Source: Octopus sinensis (Eukaryota). Taken from it: DNA of 64,000 bases. The stretch spans positions 5,084,001-5,148,000 of the forward strand of contig NC_043026.1 of NCBI RefSeq assembly GCF_006345805.1. The letters are read 5' to 3'. Position 1 is the first letter of the stretch; each line of letters opens with the position of its first letter. Shown here in pieces: positions 1-9,180 of the stretch. The translations under genes were made by a program, and so were the position numbers. The notes beneath the pieces are model-generated. The model saw only the letters and a program-made list of their open reading frames with translations, made no database searches and was not told where the DNA came from.

Positions 1-938
1 TTCTTAACTAGCTCACCTTCTACTCTATTTCTATCTATGGCTAGTGCTTTGCTGTACCTAATCGCTTCTGCTTTTACTGCTCTCTTGAGGGCAAACCACC
101 ATTTGTTGTTGATGATGGCTCCCGTCAAAGCCCTCTTTACTAGTGTGCTAATCCGGTCTCTGAAAACTTGTCTGGACGGGAATGATGCGTTCAGTTTCCA
201 GTACCAGGGACCCTGTCTATGTGCCTTATCTAAGTCTAGCGTACACGTCACCAATTTGTGATCCGTGTAGCTGACTGTGTGGAATTGTGGACGTCCTAAG
301 TTATCCTTGTCTACTGTCCTACACAGTATCCTATCTAGATACGATCTCGACGACCCATTGCGGTTGCTCCATGTCCACGTTGGTGCATTTGGGTGGTCGA
401 GTCGGTACCTGTCAGACAGTTGGAATCGTCTGAGCAGGTCTCTGAGGCATTTGCATCCCCTTCTGTTTTTGTCTCTACCCACGTAGTCTACATGCGTGTC
501 CAAGGTAGCATTCCAATCCCCCACTAAGAGTAAAGGACGAGACGTTCCCAGGAATACTTCTAGACGTCGAAAGAAATCCGCCCGACCTGTTAAGGGCGGT
601 GCGTAGACTGATACGAGTCGAAAAGCGCACCCATTGCTGCCGTCGACATCCAGAACGATCAGTCTACCCTCCGGGTCTACGAATATCGTCTTGACTTCGA
701 GATCCAGGCTCTTGTGAAAAAGTACCGCGGTGCCACTACCGCCCATCCTCGGCAGACAGGGAGCGAAATAAATGTTAAACTGTCCGCCAAACATGGACTT
801 TAGGGCCCGTGGCTCGTGGAGTCTGGTCTCACTTATGGCTATGATTCCCAAATCATGTGACTTGATGTCATTTAGGAGGTATCCTTGTTTCCAAGGAGAC
901 CCCAAGCCACGCGCATTCACACAACCAATCTTGACCAT
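1..938 (-). CDS. Tx1/L1-clade LINE ORF2, N-terminal AP endonuclease domain (runs off the left edge)
   Basis: Hand translation from the ATG at 938 is stop-free to position 1: MVKIGCVNARGL..ISETR..VYAP..GDWNA..TW..YLDRI..TDHK..WKLNAS, the APE motif series. It is missing from the ORF track because no stop lies inside the window. Confidence 0.93.
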   Translation of the reverse strand, partial: MVKIGCVNARGLGSPWKQGYLLNDIKSHDLGIIAISETRLHEPRALKSMFGGQFNIYFAPCLPRMGGSGTAVLFHKSLDLEVKTIFVDPEGRLIVLDVDGSNGCAFRLVSVYAPPLTGRADFFRRLEVFLGTSRPLLLVGDWNATLDTHVDYVGRDKNRRGCKCLRDLLRRFQLSDRYRLDHPNAPTWTWSNRNGSSRSYLDRILCRTVDKDNLGRPQFHTVSYTDHKLVTCTLDLDKAHRQGPWYWKLNASFPSRQVFRDRISTLVKRALTGAIINNKWWFALKRAVKAEAIRYSKALAIDRNRVEGELVK

Positions 939-988
939 GATTCTATTGGGGTGTGTGCTTTAAAACACAAAAATGAAAGTACAGAGAG

Positions 989-1273
989 TTACTTACTTGT
1001 GTCGAAAGTTTTGGCTTCCTCGTTCTTTGATGTGTCTTCGAGGAGGTTTTTATATAGTTTTTGGGACAGATATTTCTGGAAACCCCCTACAGCATTTGGG
1101 AAGAGGGCTTTGAGTTTGTGGTGTTGTGTTTGTGTGATGTGTAGTATTTTTATGTGTTTGGGTGGTGTAGTGCGTGGATGATTGCTATTTTTAAAGTCAT
1201 CTTCACAAATGTTTGTGTAGCCTGTGATGTACTCCATTAGTTTGGAGTCTTTGGTGTCTATCGCTGATAGCAT
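989..1273 (-). CDS. Short inter-ORF reading frame of the LINE (94 aa), possibly a frameshifted ORF1 C-terminus
   Basis: Overlaps the ORF1 stop by 16 nt in the -1 frame and ends 50 nt before the ORF2 ATG; non-repetitive composition. Confidence 0.4.
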   Translation of the reverse strand: MLSAIDTKDSKLMEYITGYTNICEDDFKNSNHPRTTPPKHIKILHITQTQHHKLKALFPNAVGGFQKYLSQKLYKNLLEDTSKNEEAKTFDTSK

Positions 1274-2707
1274 TGTGTGTGTTGCTTTGTGGTGTTGGTG
1301 CTTGTTTGGTTGTATATGGAGTTTTCAGGGTTCAGGTATCTCCCTGCTTTGGTTGCGATTTCTTGTTTGGTTTTTCTTGATCTTTTTCTTTTACCCCCTG
1401 TGGCTATTTGCCATTCTGTCGAACTTTCATCGTTAGATGAAAAGTCTGACGAATCAGCAGGGGGTAACGGTAAAGCGTCTGGGTCTGTTTGTGCGGTTGT
1501 AGATATTGTTGTGTTGCGCGGGGAGGGTGTTGCTGGGGGGTTTGTTGTGGTTATTGTCTCTCCTACATCCTTGGTGCTTGTCTTCTTCGTTGTTATTCTT
1601 GGTGTTGGAATTGGTTTATTTGTTGTTGGTGGTGATGATTCTGTTCTTGGCGCTGGTGTTAGTGTTGTTTGGTTGGGTTGGCTTGTTCTTTGTTGTTTTT
1701 CATGCATTTCTGTATACAGCTTCTTGACTAGCTGTCTATATTGTGGTGTGGGCAATAATGCTGGCTTTTGTGATTTTTCCTGTGGCTGTTGTTGTTGTTG
1801 TAATTTAGCGGCAGATTTGCACTCCTTTTTGAGGTGTGCCTCACTGCCACATGTATAGCATCGTGGTCTTCTGCCCTCGACTACTACGTATAACTTGCGG
1901 CCATCCTCAAGATGTACGTGGGTGGGAATTTTATTGATGTCCTCTTGACTTATGTGGAAGAGGAACTCCATTCTCTTTCCCAGCCAGTCCTTGTTTTTCG
2001 AAACACCGATATCTAGGATGTTTAAGTCCTCCATTTCGGATGTTAAGGCGGATGTTATCCACAGTGTTGTAGTTACTTGGGGTACACCACTGATAATGAC
2101 CTTCGTCACCTTCTGGCCAAGGTAACTCGATGTCATCATTAGTTCATCAGAATGAAGGGTTATCGTTGAGAATTTCTTCGTCAACTCTTCATTCTGAAAA
2201 ACCACCTGTACGTGGGCGAACTTGTTTGCCCAAGTCACATAATCCTTGTATCCCCAGATGGGGCGTAAGCACTTTTCTACTTTGTCTGTGCTTGCCTTTT
2301 CTGGACTTTTAGTTTTTTTATTTGTGATTTTATATACAATTGTCTTTTTTTTCTCCTCATTCAGTATGTCTTGAGGTATGTGTAAGAGTATTTTGCCGTT
2401 TTCATTTGTAATAAGGTTTCTGCAATCTTTTATTTGTTGTGTAGTAAACGAAACTTTTGTTATTTTTTCTTTTATCGCCTCGGCGAAGTTTGTTGTTGTT
2501 TTGTTATTGTTGTTACTGCCGGTGGTGTTGGTGTTGATGGCAGGGGTGTGGGTTGTAGGTTTGTGGTTGCTGATTATGCAACTAGCAAGGGGTGGAAAAT
2601 TGTCTGCGTAATTTAGTCCTGCATTAGCGCAAATTTCGGCATTTCGTTTGGTTGTCGTTGTTATTTTTTCACTTGTTGGTGATGGAGTGAGCAGTGGTTG
2701 AAGGGAA

Positions 2708-2739
<32 letters not shown>

Positions 2740-3231
2740 GTTGTTATTGTCGTTCTTGGAGACGGCGGTGGTGTTAGTGGTATTAGTAGCATTGACGGCA
2801 CGGTCTTTGGTGGCGGTGATGGTGATGTTGGTATTGTTATTGGTGGCGATGTCTTTGGCAGGGATAGCAGTTTTAGTAGCAGATGCTGCCATGGTGTTGT
2901 TGTCGGTGTTGGTGGTGGACTCACTGGTGGTGTTGAGGGTGCTTGGCCTTGCGACCTTTGTTTTGTATTTGTTGCTGATGTCGATGCTGATGGTGGTGGT
3001 GGTGAAAGCGGTGGTGGTAACAGTAGTATTCGCTTTGTTGCTCTTGTTAGTGGTGGTAGTGGTGACAGTGTTGTTACTACAAGTGGTTGCAGCGTTCATT
3101 GCAAATTCATTGATGATTTCACCTTGCGAGGATAAATTCTTTTTTTCTCCTAGCGTTTCCAGACTAGGAGAAAGCTGGTCGATAGAGGAACGCGACCATC
3201 GTTCTAAAATACAATTTCTTGACATTTTCAA
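1258..3231 (-). CDS. Tx1/L1-clade LINE ORF1 (gag-like, CCHC zinc knuckle)
   Basis: 657-aa ORF with an RRM-like segment (TKVIISGVP) and VVVEGRRPRCYTCGSEAHLKKEC (CX2CX4HX4C), directly upstream of the APE ORF; Thr/Asn low-complexity N-terminus. Confidence 0.88.
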
Positions 3232-3432
3232 AAATGTCGAAAAGGAAATTATACAAATGAAATGGGGTTGAAACTGCCCCTAGGGGCGAATTCCTCCCTT
3301 GGAAAAGCACTGAAACGAAAGTTGGGTGCCTTACACAACTTATTTACAAAAATGTACACAAAAATTGGCCTATAAATAGTCAAAATAAATTATTACCTTC
3401 GGAGCTGAACTGACATCACGTCCGTCAATAAA

Positions 3433-3433
3433 C

Positions 3434-3496
<63 letters not shown>

Positions 3497-3530
3497 CAGA
3501 CAGACTGTCAGACAGAGAGAGAGAGGCAGA
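3433..3530. repeat. (GATA)n/(GACA)n/(GA)n microsatellite
   Basis: Directly visible tandem repeats. Confidence 0.95.
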
Positions 3531-4476
3531 ATACACACACACACACACAGGATACACACACACAACATCACACATAAATACACACGCACAAACATAAACA
3601 GGTGTGTATACACACACACAGACACACCGATACGCACCCCAGACATCATTTGTCTCATGTGTACTACCCTGTCTCTCCCCCTTTCTCTCTCTATAGACTT
3701 ATGTAAATATTCATACACACTTACATATATAAATATTTACCTGCTTATGTACACGTAAATACATCCATAAATACATACATATACACACATATATTCACTC
3801 GTGTTCAGTCCAAATCGAAATTTTCCTTTCTTTTTCACGTCCAAATTAATTATAATTCCTAATTAATGACTTAATTGTGAGACCTTTAATGTCATTTAAC
3901 ATTATTTAATTCATAAAAATGCTGACAATGTCTCTTTGATTTTAAATAAATAATTTAGACTCGGATTTCCCGCCATTTTCCCCACGTTTTTGTCATTCAA
4001 ATTAGCGTTGCTAGGAAACAAATAGAAACAATTGAACGGGAAGCGGCAGAAGTTATAGAGAGACTTCAGACTGGGCGGTTTGTATGATACCAGACCAGAA
4101 ATATCACCAGACACCCTTTAGTATGGATGGTCACAAATGGATTTACCCGTCGTCTTTTCTATGTGTGTGCAAGAAGTCTACGTATAATAATGTATAATTA
4201 TATGTATATATATCTGTAGGTGTATATATATCTGAGTTTATATATGAATATGTATGTATAATATTCTGCTTTCCTGTAGGTATAATTATGATGTATATTT
4301 ATATTCCTATATACATGTATCGGCAATCCTATACAATAGAGTCGGAAATTATCCAATACCTCAAATATTCCAACATCTTTTGATATTTCTTTTTTAAACT
4401 TGTACATATACATGAATAAATGTATACACAAACACACATACATATAATATATATATACACACCTACATTTCTACAG

Positions 4477-4519
<43 letters not shown>

Positions 4520-5694
4520 CTGTGGCATAACTACAGATGAACACCCCATCGACTTTGTTTCCTCATAACTTCCAGGAAAATGGATATTTTAAATGAAACT
4601 TCCACTTTCATTTTCTAACAGAAAAGGATGCTCTCAAAAGAAATCCTCTTTTACAAAGCTCTTATTTAAATCCCCGTGGATAAATCCCAGCAAGAATCTT
4701 CTGAGGCTCTCCAATATTTTACAATTATATAAAGAGAAAGAATCGGGGGCCAGGAAGTGGGGCTAAAAATAATCAGAGATTTTTAAAAGATTCTGTTTAT
4801 TTTTTTATAGCATAAATGCGTTTCTGAGGGGAAAATATTGAAAAGCATAAAAAAAAACACTGAATGAGGAAAAAAAAAGACAAGGAGGGTGGTGTGCTAG
4901 AAACAACAGCCAAATCTCCCTTAAATCACACACTATTTCCCTCGACCCCTTACAAAACATTTTGCCCAAAAATTTCTTTTAAATTGTAATCTGCATCGTT
5001 TGAAATTATTTCTACCAAATTTCATTCAAAAATACGCATTTTTCTACAAAAATACCTTTATACACATGTATATACCTACATATACACACATGTCTTTGCT
5101 ATGTTTTTTAAACACATAAAACTCATAGATGCATAATTTTATAATATTTTACACTTAAACCGCCGCTGGACAATATTTTCAGAGTTGCTTCTTAAAGTGT
5201 CCTTTACTTGTTTGATGATAAACGATACAAATTTCAGAGTATTTGGCTGTTATTTCTAGCATAATGTTAGGCCATCTATAGGACAATATTTGACATGGAT
5301 GCTTTGAAAATTGTCCTTCGATTTTTATTTGTGATGAAACAAAAATGTGAAGGTTTAGGTGGCTCTTTCTAGCATGAAATGAGACCATATACAGGCCAAT
5401 TTTATTTATGAATGCTTCTTACAGTGTTCTTCAAAATTTATATGAAAAATAAAGTGGTTTCTATTTCTAGCATGAAAAATGACCAGCTATGAGAAAGCTT
5501 TTAACGAATGCTTCTTAAAGTGTCCTCTTTTTTTATGAACCCCCGACAGCAACAACAACAACAACAACCCGACGAGGACGAAAGGCAATGTTTGTGCGTG
5601 TGTGCAGTTGGAATGTCACTGCAACAACAACAACAATCTATTCTTATTAAATGTTAAAAACTGTCAGATGCAGACTGCACACACGCACACACAA

Positions 5695-5820
5695 CGCTGA
5701 TGACGACGATGGTGATGATGGTGATGATGACGATGATGATGACGATGATGATGATGATGGTGATGGTGATGATGATAATGATGGTGGTGGTGATGGTGGT
5801 GGCGGCGGCGGTGGTCGTCT
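5695..5820. repeat. (GAT)n/(GGT)n compound microsatellite (also at 49617-49740)
   Basis: Visible tandem triplets; these produce the spurious poly-Asp and poly-His ORFs. Confidence 0.9.
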
Positions 5821-5921
5821 GCTGTTTTTGTTGTTGTTGGTCGTCTGCCTTTTAATGGAGAATCAATGATTATGAAAGTCTCTGCTTTCGGACCAGACAT
5901 TCCTATACATACATGCATGCG

Positions 5922-5955
<34 letters not shown>

Positions 5956-6097
5956 AACATACATACTTATAGCCTTATTTCTATACATACATTCCTAAAT
6001 ATGTGTATATATATATAAACACATGTATATATACTGTATATAAATACACACACACACACACACAAAGAGAGTGTGTTGAGGAATGTTACAACGATAA

Positions 6098-6154
6098 GTG
6101 TTAGTGTGTAGAATGCAATGTATGCGATGCAGGTTCGATTCCCGGGCGAAGCCA
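6098..6154 (+). pseudogene. Degenerate tRNA(Gly)-like sequence (tRNA pseudogene or SINE head), antisense in the 3' flank of the propeller gene; second copy ~50996-51053
   Basis: tagtgtgtagaatgcaa...gcga..caggttcgattcccgggcgaagcca resembles the D-loop (A box) and T-loop (B box, GGTTCGATTCC) of tRNA-Gly, but the anticodon arm is missing. Confidence 0.4.
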
Positions 6155-6207
6155 TTTACAACAAAAAGAAGAAGAAGAAGATTGAAGTTTAATATTTCTG
6201 GAAATAT

Positions 6208-9015
6208 TTATTTGTCAAAATAAAAGAAAGCAAAAGATTGACGTCCAGGAATAATTCCAAAAACCATCAAAGAATTGTCTGAAACATCCAAACCAAGAAC
6301 TTCAAAGACTTCATTATCCTCCCCTCTGAGGAGTAAATATTTAGGATTATCTTTTAATCCCAGGATTTCATCATCTTCAGATGTTTCCTCTTCAATATAT
6401 TGAGGTATTTCGTAAATATTGTTTATTAAATCTGTTATATAAACACATTCACCAATTATGGTCAGACGAGGTCTTGGAATATAATCTTCCGGATAATAAG
6501 TCGTTTCTCCTTCTATTCTTATCTTCCTCACCAAAGACTTTTCCCTGAACCATTCCACAAAACAAAAAACTCCCCACCATCCAGACCCCTTCTCCTCCAT
6601 CTCTCTCCTCAAAACAACAACATCACCAAAAGATGTGACTCCCACATCTTCCACCCCTTCATCTCCCTCAAACTTTCCCTTTCTCCTCATCTTCCCACGA
6701 CACACTTCATCTTTACATTTCCCATCTTTGATATCAACCACATCCACATAATAAGGGTCAAAGATGTAGGAGTTATTGCAATAATAGTAATCCTTGTTGT
6801 TCTTCCATATTCTTTGGTATTTCTTGTGTCTCTCTTCTTGAGTTATGTCTCTAATATAATGACCACCACACACGAGTTGATTGTCGTTGTATTTATAAAT
6901 CCTGTTGTAGTATTTCTCAGTTCTGATGGTTTTTAAACGACGGAGATCCCTGTTGAAGACCCTCATTTCTCTCCCAAAGGCGACAATGAAACATTCCTCT
7001 ATCCACCGACATATGTCCAGTGCTGGTCGTTGTTGTTGTTCATGTTGAAGTATGTCCACTGTTGTTGTTGTTGTTCTGATTAATGTGACACTTTCTCGAA
7101 ATATCAACACACTCACATTCTCATCTAACTTAATTAGTTTACTGTTCCGGTCCCTAATGTCCCTCATATCATAATCAACAGGTTCCTCGAATGCAGGAAT
7201 GGAAAAAGGGACCATTGCTGTCCTATATGGAAGTCTCCTCACTGATATTTCATCAATTCCTGAATTATTAATCTCTGCTATGTAATTACCACATCTCACC
7301 TTTAATCTACCTTTACCAATTATTTCACCTGATTTACCTCTTCTTCTTCCTCCTCCATCTCCATCTCCTCCTCTGTATTCCAATTTATTAATTAATTCAT
7401 TACTGAATATTTCCTTGTTCGTTTCAGATGTAATGGAAGGGAAACGAAGACCAGAATCAAGATTTAATAACGACACAGATTCCAGAATGTTCACTTGGTC
7501 CCCATCAATCTTTATGCAATGACATTCAATCAATTCATTATGTACACACCAGTAAATACCCGCCACTTTTCTCCATATTACACCATAAGGGATGAGACTC
7601 GACCAAACTTGAGATGTCTGCAAATCTTCTCCATTCAGGTGAAATATTTCTTTCCTTTTAGGAACCGTGGCCATTATGTGTGATTCTTGTGTAAAACACA
7701 CACCACCGACTAAACTTGCAACATTTCTGTGACATAGCAACTGGCCGTCTTCATCGAATATTTTAACATTTCCATTATTGGCTTTTTCACACACAACTGT
7801 CTTTCCTTCCTCAGAGACATCAAAATCTTTTACTTGAACAGGACTTTCGTCTGTTTGTAAACGAGCAACCGGGAAGCTGTCTCGATTCACCATAAACAAC
7901 CCTTCAACATACAATTCATTCCATCTCATTCCCCTCCTGGGCCTTCCAACAAACCTTGGTCCTTTACAGTCTATACTGGAGAAATATACTTCATCTTTAT
8001 AAATTCTTTTATTTAAAAATATTCTCTTGTATTCCCCATTCTGAGTCAAACACAAAATATTTCCATATTCAGATGAACCTAAATATTTCTCCCACTGACC
8101 GTAAATGTACAAAAAACTGTCATCAATTGTCATCCTGTCATCACCAAAATACTCCATGTAGTGTCTGACTGAATGTAAATATTGACCACCACTGTTGAAG
8201 AAAATGATGAATCTGCAATTTAAGACAATGATGACATCTTCATCAGTAACTTTAATATCCAGGATTATATCAAAATAATTTCCATCTTCGTTTCTCTTTA
8301 TTAATGGTTCAGGTATGTCTATTTTTTTTATTTCCTTCACACTCGAATGTATTTCATCAATATCAACAAAATGCAAATGTCTTACATCTCTCGATTCACT
8401 AAAAACCAGTTGATTGTTTGATAAAGAAGCCACACATTCATAATAATTTCTCGTTTGGTAAATTACCAACGACAATGGAAACTCCACTTTTAATGTCAAC
8501 AGTTGGTGTTTATCATCATCAGAATGATCCCTATTCGTAATGACCAATGTGTTTGACTGCCATCGACACATTTTAATATTAATATAAACATTCACTTTGA
8601 TTGAATCCATAAGGTGACCATCCAATGTGAATATCTTAATGTTTCCATTCTCCCTGTCCCATCCTGCAATCATATTATTTTCAGTAAGAACCAAACGATT
8701 AATCTCCACTGGTTCTTTGTCTCCCAAATGTTTAGGGGGAGGAATACGTCTGGCTTTATCAGAAACTGTCAGGTCCTGTAGATATAAAGTGGAAGACAAC
8801 ATTTCACTGAGAGAAATGTGTCTGGAAAATACATCCACCAGGTCGATATAATAATTAAGTTGATTATTAGTAACGAGATCATTAACCAACAAATTCTGAT
8901 CGTTTATGGCAAACATACGGCTTCTGTCTATCAGATAAACAGACTTTTGGTCAATAGATCCACCTTGGAGACTGAGGGGACGTTTCACTTGGGACATTAA
9001 AACACTGGGGACCAT
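6208..9015 (-). CDS. Tandem NHL-like beta-propeller protein, C-terminal half (end of propeller 3 plus propellers 4-6)
   Basis: 935-aa ORF of beta-strand-rich repeats with motifs such as WDRENGNIKIFTLDG, CEKANNGNVKIFDEDG, MCRWQSNTLVIT and LDICRWIEECFIVAF. The reading frame is open upstream to 9096. Confidence 0.85.
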   Translation of the reverse strand: MVPSVLMSQVKRPLSLQGGSIDQKSVYLIDRSRMFAINDQNLLVNDLVTNNQLNYYIDLVDVFSRHISLSEMLSSTLYLQDLTVSDKARRIPPPKHLGDKEPVEINRLVLTENNMIAGWDRENGNIKIFTLDGHLMDSIKVNVYINIKMCRWQSNTLVITNRDHSDDDKHQLLTLKVEFPLSLVIYQTRNYYECVASLSNNQLVFSESRDVRHLHFVDIDEIHSSVKEIKKIDIPEPLIKRNEDGNYFDIILDIKVTDEDVIIVLNCRFIIFFNSGGQYLHSVRHYMEYFGDDRMTIDDSFLYIYGQWEKYLGSSEYGNILCLTQNGEYKRIFLNKRIYKDEVYFSSIDCKGPRFVGRPRRGMRWNELYVEGLFMVNRDSFPVARLQTDESPVQVKDFDVSEEGKTVVCEKANNGNVKIFDEDGQLLCHRNVASLVGGVCFTQESHIMATVPKRKEIFHLNGEDLQTSQVWSSLIPYGVIWRKVAGIYWCVHNELIECHCIKIDGDQVNILESVSLLNLDSGLRFPSITSETNKEIFSNELINKLEYRGGDGDGGGRRRGKSGEIIGKGRLKVRCGNYIAEINNSGIDEISVRRLPYRTAMVPFSIPAFEEPVDYDMRDIRDRNSKLIKLDENVSVLIFRESVTLIRTTTTTVDILQHEQQQRPALDICRWIEECFIVAFGREMRVFNRDLRRLKTIRTEKYYNRIYKYNDNQLVCGGHYIRDITQEERHKKYQRIWKNNKDYYYCNNSYIFDPYYVDVVDIKDGKCKDEVCRGKMRRKGKFEGDEGVEDVGVTSFGDVVVLRREMEEKGSGWWGVFCFVEWFREKSLVRKIRIEGETTYYPEDYIPRPRLTIIGECVYITDLINNIYEIPQYIEEETSEDDEILGLKDNPKYLLLRGEDNEVFEVLGLDVSDNSLMVFGIIPGRQSFAFFYFDK

Positions 9016-9024
9016 CTGACGACC

Positions 9025-9180
9025 GCCATGACCACCACCACTAATGTGCTTGAAGAAAGCTTCTATTTCGGACTCTGAATCACTGGAACCATACCATCAC
9101 TACTACTAATACTACCATCACCACTACTAATACTACCATCACCACTGCTAATACTACCATCACTGCCATGACCACCACCA
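9025..9180. repeat. Gly/Ser linker: 21-bp tandem repeat x3 within a 140-bp segment bounded by 16-bp direct repeats GCCATGACCACCACCA
   Basis: Direct repeats at 9025-9040 and 9165-9180; the segment is absent in copy 2 (53915-53940). Confidence 0.9.

Larger units (their letters stand above)
1..3430 (-). mobile_element. Tx1/L1-clade non-LTR retrotransposon, 5' part
   Basis: ORF1 and ORF2 in tandem; the short 5' UTR abuts a (GATA)n array at ~3433-3495. The 5' boundary is approximate. Confidence 0.85.

Noticed and set aside
1277-3271. Plus-strand Val/Gly/Leu-rich ORFs (193, 145, 187 aa)
   Set aside because: Antisense shadows of the Thr/Asn-rich LINE ORF1.
3380-3430. GAAG|GTAATAATTTATTTTG resembling a spliced-leader RNA donor plus Sm site
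   Set aside because: A single short match with no supporting structure; more simply the LINE 5' UTR.
5651-5960. Poly-Asp and poly-His ORFs (also 49504-49908)
   Set aside because: Translations of a (GAT)/(GGT) microsatellite.
9063-9094. 32-nt GTATGG...TAG segment whose removal would restore the frame
   Set aside because: Too short for a typical metazoan intron and has no polypyrimidine tract; a 1-bp indel is simpler.
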